From: a virus
Virus record (IMG/VR): IMGVR_UViG_3300037340_000044
Span: 1-64,000 of that record
Reading direction: 5' to 3' (one strand)
Length of the DNA: 64,000 nt
This document shows, one piece after another, positions 28,076 through 37,700 of the stretch. A program made the position numbers and the translations under genes. The notes under the pieces were generated by a model that was given only the letters and a program-made list of their open reading frames with translations, had not been told where the DNA came from and did not search any database. Positions within the stretch are counted from its first letter, which is position 1, and every line of letters starts with the position of its first letter.

Positions 28076-28458
28076 TGCAACCGATGCCAGGCAAGATCAT
28101 CGTCATCCAGGACGGCAGCCAAGAGAAGCGTGGCGGCATCATGGTGAGCCAGCGGTTCGCGCAGAAGGATCGTCCGATGACGGGCCGCGTGCTGGCAGTC
28201 GGCGTGGGCAAGCCGTGCGAATTGGACGACGGCGAAATCATGCGGCGTTGCAAGATTGCCATAGCGAACGGCAAGGACGGTCTATTTACGGAAATGGTCA
28301 ACATCGTTAAAGAAGAACGCCAGTCGCGCCCCGTCAGCGTGAAGGCCGGCGACCGCGTGGTGTTCAAGGTGTTCGCGGGCGACGGCATCGAGTGGACCGA
28401 TGGCAGCATGTGCAGGTGCGTCACAGAAGAGGATATTTTGGCGAGGATCGAAGAATGA
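28072..28458 (+). CDS. groES: GroES/Cpn10 co-chaperonin with an internal insertion
   Basis: QPMPGKIIV....EKRGGI....GRVLAVGVG...VSVKAGDRVVF..FAG..I.....VTEEDILARIE. Confidence 0.88.
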   Translation: MMQPMPGKIIVIQDGSQEKRGGIMVSQRFAQKDRPMTGRVLAVGVGKPCELDDGEIMRRCKIAIANGKDGLFTEMVNIVKEERQSRPVSVKAGDRVVFKVFAGDGIEWTDGSMCRCVTEEDILARIEE

Positions 28459-28979
28459 GTGAAACCGCGAAGCATCGCCCGCTCGTCGCGCATCTCGCGG
28501 GCGGCAACGGCATCGACATAGGCAGCGCAGGAGATCCGCTCACCCCTTGGTGCATCCAGATTGAGCTAAGCGCCGAGCTCTACCGCCTCTACAACTCGAC
28601 ACGCCCCGAGGCTCGCCTGCACTGGCACGCCGACGACGCCATTTTCGACTTGCCGTTCAAGGACGGAACACTCGACTTCCTGCACGCGAGCCACTTGCTC
28701 GAAGATTTCGACAACTGGGACATGATCCTGCGCGAGTGGGACCGCGTACTGAAAACTGGCGGCTATCTTATCATCGCGGTGCCGGACCACGATCGATTCC
28801 GCGCCTACGTTCAGAGACACCTGCCTATCGACGTAGACAATAAATCCCATAAAAGAGAGAGCTTCGTCGGCGAACTAACCAAGTGCCTTGGGCCGCACTA
28901 CACGACCATCCTCGACCGCTTCGTTTCCGAGAACCCGCAAGAGTACAGCATCATCTACGCTGGCCGCAAAAATAACTAG
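28455..28979 (+). CDS. Class I SAM-dependent methyltransferase
   Basis: GIDIGSAGD, LPFKDGTLDF..SHLLED, EWDRVLKTGG.L...VPD. Confidence 0.88.
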   Translation: MSETAKHRPLVAHLAGGNGIDIGSAGDPLTPWCIQIELSAELYRLYNSTRPEARLHWHADDAIFDLPFKDGTLDFLHASHLLEDFDNWDMILREWDRVLKTGGYLIIAVPDHDRFRAYVQRHLPIDVDNKSHKRESFVGELTKCLGPHYTTILDRFVSENPQEYSIIYAGRKNN

Positions 28980-29002
28980 GCAAAGTACACAAGGAGTGAG
29001 CG

Positions 29003-29251
29003 ATGGCAACGGCATGCGAAGGCAAATACGGTGAAATCACCGCTGAGAAGAAGCAATTTCACCCGAACGAGCCTGTGTTTTTGTTGCGTGCTACCGATCC
29101 GCTCGCCCCGGCCGCTATATTTGACTATTGGGCAGCATGCAAACGCGCTGGATGCTCAGCCGATCATTGCAAGGCCGCCCACGATCATGCTCACCGGATA
29201 CTCGACTGGCAGCGAGATCATCCCGAACTTGTCAAAAAGCTGCCAGATTAA
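29003..29251 (+). CDS. Phage hypothetical protein (EPVFLLRA.D.LAP family)
   Basis: AAGGAG RBS; motif recognised. Confidence 0.75.
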   Translation: MATACEGKYGEITAEKKQFHPNEPVFLLRATDPLAPAAIFDYWAACKRAGCSADHCKAAHDHAHRILDWQRDHPELVKKLPD

Positions 29252-29318
29252 GCGTGTTGTTGCCGAAAAATTTAATTCTGCAAATTTGCAGAGTTTCCAG
29301 AAGTGATGGTTTTTACCT

Positions 29319-30062
29319 ATGTCGTGCCAGCACAAAGTCTGGATTAGAAACGATCCTGACGGCGGCGTTTTAGGCCCCGAGTGGACCGGCATCCCGGCTG
29401 ATTATAAACTCTGTCAGTGCGGCACCTATTGCAGCCTCTTGCTCCAGGTCGATTACGCTGACAACTACTGGAGCGAGAAGAACGGCCATAGCGACATGTA
29501 CTCCCAGGCGTACAATTGTGACCTGCACACCGAGAACGGCGTGAGCAAGAGCCGCTTCATCCTCGACAGGATCGCGAGCGAGCGGGGAACGGCGCTAGAG
29601 ATCGGCTGCGCACCGGGACGTATGCTGTACTGGCTCAAGTGGGCGGCGCGGTTCAAGTACGTTTGCGCCATTGATCCGGCGGACGCTATCGCGATCGACG
29701 CCATCAGTGCACACGCGGCAGACGCCATTTTTACAGGCATGTTTCCCGATGTGATTGCTGAGTTGTTGAAAAAGCAAACCTACGACTACATCCTGGCATC
29801 CGACGTGTTCGAGCACAGCACGCAGCCAACGGAATTCCTCGCCGAGTGCGCACGCCTGCTCAAGCCAGGTGGCCAGTTATTCCTGATGCTGCCGCTGGCC
29901 GATGGCCTGCCGCTGGACTCGCGCATGTTCGTCGCGAACGAGCACGCGTACCTGCATAGCAAGTCGAACATGGTGGCGATGATGCGGGACGCGGGATTCG
30001 ATCGGCTGCAAACGGACCGCTGGTGTTCTGGACACGATACAATCACGGGGTTCAAACAATGA
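29319..30062 (+). CDS. Class I SAM-dependent methyltransferase
   Basis: ALEIGCAPG, YDYILASDVFEH, LLKPGG.LFL. Confidence 0.9.
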   Translation: MSCQHKVWIRNDPDGGVLGPEWTGIPADYKLCQCGTYCSLLLQVDYADNYWSEKNGHSDMYSQAYNCDLHTENGVSKSRFILDRIASERGTALEIGCAPGRMLYWLKWAARFKYVCAIDPADAIAIDAISAHAADAIFTGMFPDVIAELLKKQTYDYILASDVFEHSTQPTEFLAECARLLKPGGQLFLMLPLADGLPLDSRMFVANEHAYLHSKSNMVAMMRDAGFDRLQTDRWCSGHDTITGFKQ

Positions 30063-30253
30063 TTCGCGTTACCAAAGCTGGCAGGGGCGAAAACGACAAG
30101 CCAATGGACGGCGAGTGCGGCGGTTGCGGATGCCAAGTCGAATGCGTTCGCAGCGATGCTGCCAAGTGTGCCATTGGCCAAGACATGCAGGATGGTTGGT
30201 TTATAACGTGCCCATCGTGCGGGCGAAATATCTATGTCAAGGAGAAAGAATGA
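30059..30253 (+). CDS. Zn-ribbon protein
   Basis: ECGGCGC...ITCPSCG. Confidence 0.65.
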   Translation: MIRVTKAGRGENDKPMDGECGGCGCQVECVRSDAAKCAIGQDMQDGWFITCPSCGRNIYVKEKE

Positions 30254-30993
30254 AGTGCGAAGTCGTAAGCGTGATGAGCCGGACGCCTCGGGAATTCGAG
30301 ACGTATTACAAGCCGCACGTATTTATCGCCAGCTTGAATCGGTTCGGCGTCGAGCCAACGATTCTCGGCCTGAACGAGACATGGAATGGCCTGATGACAA
30401 AACCCCGCCGCATCCGGCAGTGGTTGCGGGAGGGCCACTGCAAGGCTGATGTGCTGATCGTCGCCGACGCATTCGATGTGGTGTTCACGGCCCATCCCGA
30501 CGCGGTTGCCGAGCGATGGGGTGGCGGGGACGAGATTCTTTTCAACGCCGAGAAAGACCAGTTTCCGCCGGCGCCAGGCTTACGGTGGGCTTTCCCAGAT
30601 CCCGGCACGCCCTGGCGATATTTGAACGGTGGCCTGTTCATCGGCAAGCCGGCGAACATCCTGGCGTTCTACGAAGCGATGAACCTGGACGACATCCACG
30701 ACGATCACGTTGCCATGGACGCCTTGCACGGCGGCGCAGGCGTTACCGTCAATGTGAACGACGGTACGTGGTATCAGATACTGTTCGCCGCTCGACCGAC
30801 GCCGATGGTGCTGGATACGAAGTGCGAAATATTCCAGTGCCTGTCATCGTGTACGATGGAGGAATTCGGAGAATTTACAGACGGGCGAATGGTGAACAAG
30901 GTGACGGGGTCAGCGCCGCTTGTCTGGCATTTCAACGGAGGAGCCAAGAATGACCTGATGCCGATATTTATCAAGCATTGGGGACTGGCGTGA
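30250..30993 (+). CDS. GT-A glycosyltransferase (PLOD/LH3 GT-domain-like)
   Basis: IVADAFDVVF, ILFNAEK, PWRYLNGGLFIG, LDTKCEIFQ, P.VWHFNG. Confidence 0.85.
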   Translation: MKCEVVSVMSRTPREFETYYKPHVFIASLNRFGVEPTILGLNETWNGLMTKPRRIRQWLREGHCKADVLIVADAFDVVFTAHPDAVAERWGGGDEILFNAEKDQFPPAPGLRWAFPDPGTPWRYLNGGLFIGKPANILAFYEAMNLDDIHDDHVAMDALHGGAGVTVNVNDGTWYQILFAARPTPMVLDTKCEIFQCLSSCTMEEFGEFTDGRMVNKVTGSAPLVWHFNGGAKNDLMPIFIKHWGLA

Positions 30994-31724
30994 TCCCGTA
31001 CTTCTGGAAAAACGTGGAGACAAACTTGATCGACTTCACGATCTACGACGCCTCCTTCAAGCTGACCGAAGAAGGAACAGCCTCTTACGTGTTCCATCCC
31101 GACCGTCCGGAAGCGACCGACCGCGGGCCGACCGGCATGGTAGCTGAGATGGCGGCATTCGCGCGGCTGACGCGCGGGCGCAAGCGATTGCTGGACGTGG
31201 GAGCGCTGTTCGGATTCTTCTCGCTGGTGTTCACGAGTCGGCCGGGAACTTCGGCAGTGGCTATCGAGCCGTCGCCGTGGGCGTGGCCTATTCTTTGGGA
31301 ACACATCGAAGCGAATCTTGGCCATCGAATCGAAGCAATTCAGATGTTTGCCGGGGATAAGCAGCGGCTGATCGAAGTCGGTCGGGACTGGAAGCACGTT
31401 GTTGCCGGCATTGTCAGTCTGGAAACGGCGACTGTGACTGAACGACAGATCGACGATATTACCGGCGACTTCGACACCATGAAGATCGACGTGGAGGGCT
31501 ACGAAGTGCAGGTGCTGCGCGGCGCTCGCAAGCTGATCGAACGCTGCAAACCGCTGATCTTCCTGGAGGTGCATTCGGCAAGTTTGCCATCGGTGGGCGA
31601 GAGCGTCGAATCGCTGCTGGCGGTAATCGGCGAGATCGGCTACTGTGTGCGGGACTACGACGGCAAACCGGTGACGTATATTGATCCTGGGAGCATGACG
31701 AGGGTACTCTGTGAACCTACTTGA
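30990..31724 (+). CDS. FkbM-family methyltransferase
   Basis: LLDVGALFGFFS, AIEP, MKIDVEGYEVQVLRGA..LI....P.IFLEVH. Confidence 0.92.
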   Translation: MIPYFWKNVETNLIDFTIYDASFKLTEEGTASYVFHPDRPEATDRGPTGMVAEMAAFARLTRGRKRLLDVGALFGFFSLVFTSRPGTSAVAIEPSPWAWPILWEHIEANLGHRIEAIQMFAGDKQRLIEVGRDWKHVVAGIVSLETATVTERQIDDITGDFDTMKIDVEGYEVQVLRGARKLIERCKPLIFLEVHSASLPSVGESVESLLAVIGEIGYCVRDYDGKPVTYIDPGSMTRVLCEPT

Positions 31725-32250
31725 AATCGCCAAGAAGCTCGAAATCTGCGTCTACCTGCACGTCGGCGAGCTGGAAAAGTTGATCGAACTCGCCTGCAAC
31801 CGCGACGTGCTGGAGGTCGGCTGCTATCGTGGCGGCTCGGCGTGGGGCATGGGCTTGACAGCAAAGTCGCTGACTTGTGTGGACACATTCCGGGCAGCGA
31901 CAGACGGCGTGAGGCAGATGGAGAACTTGACGACCTATCGTGATTTCTTGAGGGCCACGGAGCGATACGATAGCAAGAAGTTCCTGATGTCCTACGTTGG
32001 CACGTCACAGGAAGCGTCGGCGACTATCGAAGCCATGTACGACATGATCTTCATTGACGCCGATCACTCTTACGCCGGTGTCAAGCAGGACATCGCCTTG
32101 TGGGAGTCGAAGCTGCGTCCGGGCGGAATCTGGGCCTTCCACGATTATGGAGACCAGTTTGCTGGAGTCAAGCAAGCGGTGGACGAGCGGTTCGGCTGCT
32201 GCCAGTCTCAGGAAGACGTGTGCGTGACGCTGAGGGTGGTGCGGACATAA
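31711..32250 (+). CDS. Class I methyltransferase (Methyltransf_24-like)
   Basis: VLEVGCYRGGS, CVDTF, DMIFIDADHSY.GV..D, LRPGG...FHDY. Confidence 0.92.
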   Translation: MNLLEIAKKLEICVYLHVGELEKLIELACNRDVLEVGCYRGGSAWGMGLTAKSLTCVDTFRAATDGVRQMENLTTYRDFLRATERYDSKKFLMSYVGTSQEASATIEAMYDMIFIDADHSYAGVKQDIALWESKLRPGGIWAFHDYGDQFAGVKQAVDERFGCCQSQEDVCVTLRVVRT

Positions 32251-32266
32251 AGGAGCGCGTAGACCA

Positions 32267-32491
32267 ATGGACGAAGCGATTACAGTTCTGGTGATTTTGG
32301 TCCTGATCGTGATTCCGATTGCCGTCGTAATGTGGGCGTCTCTGCGCGAGTGCCACGAACAGGTTCGCAAGCGAGATGAATCTGGCGAGCCGGTGAAGAT
32401 GGTTCCGTGTTCTGGATGCGGCAAGCAGGTCGATTCGCTGAGAAGTCTCTGCTCGTCGTGCGCGTGGGACATGATTTCGATGGGCAGTTAG
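32267..32491 (+). CDS. Small membrane-anchored Zn-ribbon protein
   Basis: AAGGAG RBS; N-terminal TM helix, CSGC..CSSC. Confidence 0.65.
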   Translation: MDEAITVLVILVLIVIPIAVVMWASLRECHEQVRKRDESGEPVKMVPCSGCGKQVDSLRSLCSSCAWDMISMGS

Positions 32492-32493
32492 CG

Positions 32494-32538
32494 TAGCATA
32501 GACGGCAATGGGACGCTCCGGTTCGCGAAAGCGAGCCG
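32494..32538 (+). promoter_or_regulatory. -10 box (TAGCAT) plus 33-nt leader with GAAA-tetraloop hairpin; near-identical copy at 37668-37700
   Basis: CAATGGGACGCTCCGGTTCGCGAAAGCGAGCCG, 31/33 identical to the portal leader. Confidence 0.75.
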
Positions 32539-32542
32539 TGCC

Positions 32543-34021
32543 GTGCGAACGCCGATCTGCCTGATTACGCCGCCGTCTGTGTTCTTGCTTGACGAGCGCG
32601 TGTTCCTCACGCTGGGCATCCTGCGGGTTGCTGCCTGCCTGGAGCGTGAAGGGTACGTCGTGGAGATGCTGGACCTATCGGGGATTGCCAATTATGAGCA
32701 AGCAGTCAAAGACCACGCCAGCCGAAGCCAAGCGAAATTCTATGGTATTACAGCGACTACTCCTCAGATGCCGGCAGCTTCGCGAGTCGTTGCTGCAATC
32801 CGCGAGGGAAGCCGGGGCGTTCGAGTTATACTTGGCGGACCTCATCCGACACTCATCCACGCGGCTCTCAAAAGAGAAAAAGAAATCGGACGCGCCTCGC
32901 GAGCATGGGACAAGCTGACGGCGATGTTCGATTGCATCGTGGTCGGCGACGGCGACGACGCGATATTCGAGGCGATCAAGCCGGACGCTCCCAAGGTCAT
33001 CGACGCGGACGATCCGAAGGGCAAGCTGTTTCTGACGAGCAAGCGGTATGAAGAAATCCCGTTTCCAGCGAGGCATTTGGTAGACGTTTCTTCGTACCGA
33101 TATTCTATCGACGGGGCAGAACCGGCCCTGAGCCTAATCGGGCAGTTGGGCTGTCCCTTCGCGTGCGCGTTCTGCGGAGGCCGACAGTCGGCAATGTTGC
33201 GGCGCATCCGCACGCGGTCAACGGTGAGCATCTTGAGCGAGATTCGCCAGCTGGTCGATGTTTACGGCGCCCGCGGCATCATGTTCTACGATGACGAGTT
33301 GAACGTTTCCAAGTCACTCGTGGAACTGATGAACGGCATCGCCAACATGAACCTGGACCTGCGCCTGCGAGGATTCGTGAAGGCCGAGCTGTTCAACGAC
33401 CTGCAAGCCGAAGCCATGTACCGGGCCGGCTTCCGCTGGCTGCTGTGCGGATTCGAGAGCGGTTCGCCGCGCATCCTCGAAAACATCAACAAGAAGGCCA
33501 CGCGCGAAGACAACAGCCTTATGCTGCGAACAGCGCACAAGCACGGGCTGAAAGTGAAGGCACTTTGTTCGCTCGCGCATCCAGGCGAGAGCATGGAGAC
33601 GATTGCCGAGACACGCGACTGGCTGCTGACTGAGAAACCCGACGACTTCGACGCCACAGTAATCAGCGTTTTCGCTGGCACGCCGTATTTCGACGAAGCC
33701 ATTGAAACGTCGCCTATGGTCTGGACCTACACCGCGAAGAACGGAGACCGTCTGCACAGCTACGAAGTAGATTTCAGTTCGGAGAACGCGGGCGTATACA
33801 AAGGGATACCTGGCGAGTACAAGGCATACACGTTCACCGATCACTTATCGGCGGAAGACCTAGTTCGCGAGCGCGACCGGCTTGAAGCTGATGTGCGTGC
33901 AGCGCTGGGCATCCCTTACAACCACGGGGCGACGGGAGCTCGTTACGAAGCGAGCATGGGCCAACTCCCCGGATACATCCTGCGGCGAAGTGAACCGAAG
34001 GCGGTGGCGGAATGCGCGTAG
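32543..34021 (+). CDS. B12-binding-domain radical SAM enzyme
   Basis: LGILRVAA.L, ILGGPHPT, VGDGD, GCPFACAFC, FYDDEL, GFESGS. Confidence 0.93.
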   Translation: MRTPICLITPPSVFLLDERVFLTLGILRVAACLEREGYVVEMLDLSGIANYEQAVKDHASRSQAKFYGITATTPQMPAASRVVAAIREGSRGVRVILGGPHPTLIHAALKREKEIGRASRAWDKLTAMFDCIVVGDGDDAIFEAIKPDAPKVIDADDPKGKLFLTSKRYEEIPFPARHLVDVSSYRYSIDGAEPALSLIGQLGCPFACAFCGGRQSAMLRRIRTRSTVSILSEIRQLVDVYGARGIMFYDDELNVSKSLVELMNGIANMNLDLRLRGFVKAELFNDLQAEAMYRAGFRWLLCGFESGSPRILENINKKATREDNSLMLRTAHKHGLKVKALCSLAHPGESMETIAETRDWLLTEKPDDFDATVISVFAGTPYFDEAIETSPMVWTYTAKNGDRLHSYEVDFSSENAGVYKGIPGEYKAYTFTDHLSAEDLVRERDRLEADVRAALGIPYNHGATGARYEASMGQLPGYILRRSEPKAVAECA

Positions 34022-34053
34022 CCGGCGTGTCCCACACGTCGTAAGCTGACAGC

Positions 34054-34674
34054 ATGAGAATCGCCATCATTGCCGACCAGCACGGTTCGCTGCCAACTAT
34101 ACCGGAATGCGACCTACTCATTGTGAGCGGCGACCTGACGGGGGGCAATCCGTTAGGTCCGCGAGACGATTCGGACGAGCGGTGGCTGTCGTGGCTGCGT
34201 AATGAGTGGGCGGCGTGGGCATCAAAAGGTGCGCCGTTTACGATTGCAGTCGGCGGAAACCATGACACCTGTTTGGAACAATGCAGCAACGCGACGATTC
34301 AATTCAATCGCCAAGCGATAAAGATTCTCTGCGAAGATTGGTTCGAGTTCAGAAGCTTACGAATTTGGGGCGCACCGTGGGTCAAGAAATGGGACGCGCT
34401 TGCGTTTAATCTTCCTGAACCAGAACTTGAGAAAAAGTGGTCGATGATCCCGGCAGATACCGACATTCTTGTCTGCCACGGTCCGCCGTTTGGACGCGGT
34501 GATTACGTCCCTAACTGCGGCCCGCAAGGCTCGCCATCGCTGCGGCAGGCAATCGAGATAATCCAGCCAAAGCTAGTCACCTGCGGGCATCTTCACGAAG
34601 GACGCGGCGAGTATCGGCTCGGCAACACACGCATCATCAACGCGGCTTGCGGTTTCGTGGAGATTGACCTTTGA
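34054..34674 (+). CDS. Calcineurin-like metallophosphoesterase
   Basis: IADQHG, SGDL, GGNHD, CHGPP, CGHLHE; TAAGCT -10 6 nt before the ATG. Confidence 0.92.
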   Translation: MRIAIIADQHGSLPTIPECDLLIVSGDLTGGNPLGPRDDSDERWLSWLRNEWAAWASKGAPFTIAVGGNHDTCLEQCSNATIQFNRQAIKILCEDWFEFRSLRIWGAPWVKKWDALAFNLPEPELEKKWSMIPADTDILVCHGPPFGRGDYVPNCGPQGSPSLRQAIEIIQPKLVTCGHLHEGRGEYRLGNTRIINAACGFVEIDL

Positions 34675-35672
34675 GAATCGGCTTCTTCCTGTCATCCCAG
34701 GGCGGCTCACCGCTCGTCGTCGGCCTAGAGCGCGGCTTGCAGCAGCTCGGCCACTCCGTCGAAGCGTACCGCGATCAGCAGATGTATGACCTTCTGCTGG
34801 TGGTAAACCAAAGCGCGCACCGCACCGATTACCAGTATCCGCCGTTTCCCACGGAAAAGAACGTTCGTTTCGCATTCATCGATACCGCCGAGTACGGGCC
34901 GGGAACGCGGTGCACGCACAGTCTTCGCCGTCAGTACGCGAACGCGTTTACGGGATCGGCAAAGTTGCACGACACGAAGAATCCTGGCCAGCAAGAACGG
35001 CTTCATCATTTTCTGGAAGGCCGCAGTTTCCCGTACTTCCTGCGTGAAATGTTCGCCGACATGCAGTATCCGAAGTCTTACCACCCCATCGACTATCCTC
35101 TATACGCCCACTCCGTATGCCACGCACGCCCGAGCCGCGAGCAGTACATGCGGCGTGCGGAAGACTTGTTTTGCTGGTGGGGCGGTTCTCATCCGTGGAG
35201 AGTCAACCTGACGCAAGAACTTCGCGCCCACCCATGCCAAAAGACTGTGCGGCTTATCGAAGAGGACGGAACACCACGACTGCCACAGCGCGAGTATTTC
35301 GCACGCATTGAGAACGCGAAGTGCAGCGTCAGCTTTGACGGATACGGCAGCGGCGCGTTTAGAATATGCGAAGTGCTTGCGCGTACCGTGCTGCTACAAG
35401 GGCCGCTGTCAATCGTGCTGCGAGAGCCGTTGCGGGACGGCGTGACGTGCGTGGAATATCAAGTCGATTCGGACGGCGAGACGTTCCTGAAAACGAACAT
35501 TGGCGAAAAGCTGCAATGGGTCATCGACAATCCAGAAGCAGCGTTCCAGATCTACGATCAAGGGTACGAACACGTCAACAGCAAGTGGACGGAGCGTGCG
35601 ACTGCCGAGTACGTTCTGCAAATTTGCGAATCGCATCGATGGGACGTGACGACGCCACTGGAGGTAATATGA
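34671..35672 (+). CDS. Putative GT-B glycosyltransferase
   Basis: MRIGF..., EYFARIENAKCSVSF.G.G...FRICE, LRDGVTCVEY, IYDQGYEHV. Confidence 0.7.
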   Translation: MRIGFFLSSQGGSPLVVGLERGLQQLGHSVEAYRDQQMYDLLLVVNQSAHRTDYQYPPFPTEKNVRFAFIDTAEYGPGTRCTHSLRRQYANAFTGSAKLHDTKNPGQQERLHHFLEGRSFPYFLREMFADMQYPKSYHPIDYPLYAHSVCHARPSREQYMRRAEDLFCWWGGSHPWRVNLTQELRAHPCQKTVRLIEEDGTPRLPQREYFARIENAKCSVSFDGYGSGAFRICEVLARTVLLQGPLSIVLREPLRDGVTCVEYQVDSDGETFLKTNIGEKLQWVIDNPEAAFQIYDQGYEHVNSKWTERATAEYVLQICESHRWDVTTPLEVI

Positions 35673-35989
35673 GTGAACGCGCCAAACGATGCGAGACGTG
35701 CCTATTTTGGGAACTACTTGGAGAAGTACACGTTGAAGATGGCGAGTGCCACAGGTTTCCTCCGGTGCTGGCACCCCAACCGCAACAACAGGTACAAGGC
35801 TGCTGGGATGGAGTTTGGCCAAATACGCAATCCTTTGAATGGTGCGGAGAATGGAAAGTTTTAGAAGATGCTGGCAAGCATATCGATTTATCAAAGAATT
35901 CCAGCATTGAAATCGACGTGCCTTCGGATGCTGTCCGGATTCCTATTTTGAGAAATGGCATTCGGGTGGATCAGGATAAATCTACATGA
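35669..35989 (+). CDS. Cys-motif phage protein
   Basis: GGAGG RBS; CETCLFW..GECHRFPP...WPNT...WCGEW. Confidence 0.75.
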   Translation: MSERAKRCETCLFWELLGEVHVEDGECHRFPPVLAPQPQQQVQGCWDGVWPNTQSFEWCGEWKVLEDAGKHIDLSKNSSIEIDVPSDAVRIPILRNGIRVDQDKST

Positions 35990-36999
35990 GCGTCCGCATC
36001 ATCACCAAAGGCACGCCGTTCGTGCTGGCTGAACCCGGCTCTCTGGAAGCCGTCACCGGCAGGCGCCCGAAGCGCAAGCCCGGCGAGTGCGACGGTGAGC
36101 TGTGGGTAAACATGGGAGCCGGCGGCCTCGGCGACGCGCTGCTTGGCTTGTGTGCGATTCGCGGTTTGCGGGCTCGCCTGGAGCAAGTTGCAAATTTGCA
36201 ACTTGCTCGGAAGACGATCATTTACAAGGTGGCCGCGCACCGTATACCGTTCGTGGCGCTGTTCGACGGCGGCTACGACGGGCTGGCGGATCACGATTGG
36301 GACGCTACATGGGACGAGTTCCCGGAGAAGTGCGATCCACGCGACCTGCAAATGAACCTCGGCTACAAGCGGGAAATCCAGCACGCCGCCGAGATTACGC
36401 GGCTGGAGCGCTACTGCCGCAACCTCGGCTGCGTCACGCCGCAGTTGCCTACGCTGCGAAATACAGAGGCGATTGCTGAAACCGGCAAGCAGTTCGCCGG
36501 GTATGTGGTGCTGTGCCCGTTCACGGACTTGCGCAGCCGAGACTGGCCGCTGTTCTATTGGCTGGCACTGGAGGACATGCTGCACAAGGCCGGCATGCAG
36601 ACCATCGTGCTCGGCTCACTGCGGAAGACAGACCCGATGCCAGTGGAGAAGTTCCGGTCGGCGAAGGCGATTCACAGCGAAGACGCGCCGATCGCTCCCG
36701 AATTGACGGCCGGCATCCTGCTGAACGCGGCTTGCGTGGTCAGCGCAGATAGCGGGCTGGCGCACTTGGCAGGCATCATGGGGCGGCCGACGATCATCGT
36801 TTGCGGCTGGAGCGTGGGCGCGAAAATCTATTCGTTCTACCCGAAGGCGACGAGTCTGCAAGGTTGCTTGCCGTGCAATGGATGCTGGTCGTGTGCAAGT
36901 CGTGGCTGGGATGAGGAACGGTGCCAGCTTGTGTGCGACAACCTTTCGACGATCTTGCCGCAAACGGTGTTCGATGCTATCGTTGGAGAACATAAATGA
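35986..36999 (+). CDS. GT9 (heptosyltransferase-like) glycosyltransferase
   Basis: GGLGDAL, LCPF....RDWP..YW, VVSADSGLAHLAG..GRPT. Confidence 0.88.
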   Translation: MSVRIITKGTPFVLAEPGSLEAVTGRRPKRKPGECDGELWVNMGAGGLGDALLGLCAIRGLRARLEQVANLQLARKTIIYKVAAHRIPFVALFDGGYDGLADHDWDATWDEFPEKCDPRDLQMNLGYKREIQHAAEITRLERYCRNLGCVTPQLPTLRNTEAIAETGKQFAGYVVLCPFTDLRSRDWPLFYWLALEDMLHKAGMQTIVLGSLRKTDPMPVEKFRSAKAIHSEDAPIAPELTAGILLNAACVVSADSGLAHLAGIMGRPTIIVCGWSVGAKIYSFYPKATSLQGCLPCNGCWSCASRGWDEERCQLVCDNLSTILPQTVFDAIVGEHK

Positions 37000-37643
37000 C
37001 AGGCATTACTTTGACAGGGGCGGATGAACGAACCTCCATCGTTGACCTGCACAGGCTAGTTCGTTTCGGCGCGGAAATCGGCCTGTTGCTCACGTTCTCA
37101 CCGGACGGACGCAACCGCTATCCTTGCGTCGAATGGTTGTTGGACGTGGCGACTGCTTTGAACGGCAGGGCTGCACTGCACATTTGCGGCGGACGCGCTC
37201 GCGATGAATTGCATGCGAGAAAACTTGACCGACTTGTCGAGCGATTCGGCCGCGTCCAGGTCAACGGCAATCTGCAACCAGCAGAAGTAGTTCAGATTTG
37301 TAGCCGCTATCCAACTGTCCAGATTGTCACTCAGCACACGTCAAAGAACCTTTGGCTTCTTCCGGTTGAATCTCCGAACCACGCGATCCTTGTTGACGGC
37401 AGCGGCGGACGTGGTATCTCTCCGAATAAATGGGAACGGCCGACGACGGACAAGCCGATCGGATATGCTGGTGGTCTCGGTCCAGAAAATCTTGAGACCG
37501 AACTTAGCAAGATTGCTGAACTAAACGCCGGCCTTCCGAACGGATGGTGGATTGACATGGAAGGTAAGCTTCGAGACAAAGACGACTGGTTTTCCGTCGA
37601 TGCCGCGAATCGCGTGATGGAGATTTGGGCAGAAGCATACTGA
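36996..37643 (+). CDS. TrpF/PRAI-like TIM-barrel protein
   Basis: ITLTGADE, ALHICG, RVQVN, LVDGSGGRG, GYAGGLGPEN, WIDMEGKLR. Confidence 0.8.
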   Translation: MTGITLTGADERTSIVDLHRLVRFGAEIGLLLTFSPDGRNRYPCVEWLLDVATALNGRAALHICGGRARDELHARKLDRLVERFGRVQVNGNLQPAEVVQICSRYPTVQIVTQHTSKNLWLLPVESPNHAILVDGSGGRGISPNKWERPTTDKPIGYAGGLGPENLETELSKIAELNAGLPNGWWIDMEGKLRDKDDWFSVDAANRVMEIWAEAY

Positions 37644-37652
37644 CGCAGAAAC

Positions 37653-37700
37653 TGCTATACTAGCGGTCAATGGGACGTTTCGGTTCGCGAAAGCGAGCCG
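37653..37700 (+). promoter_or_regulatory. Extended -10 (TGcTATACT) plus 33-nt hairpin leader of the portal gene
   Basis: Same -10/leader spacing as at 32494. Confidence 0.78.

Noticed and set aside
32506-32538. c-di-GMP-I riboswitch (TGGGACGC and GAAA loop)
   Set aside because: Element order and the second stem of that aptamer are missing
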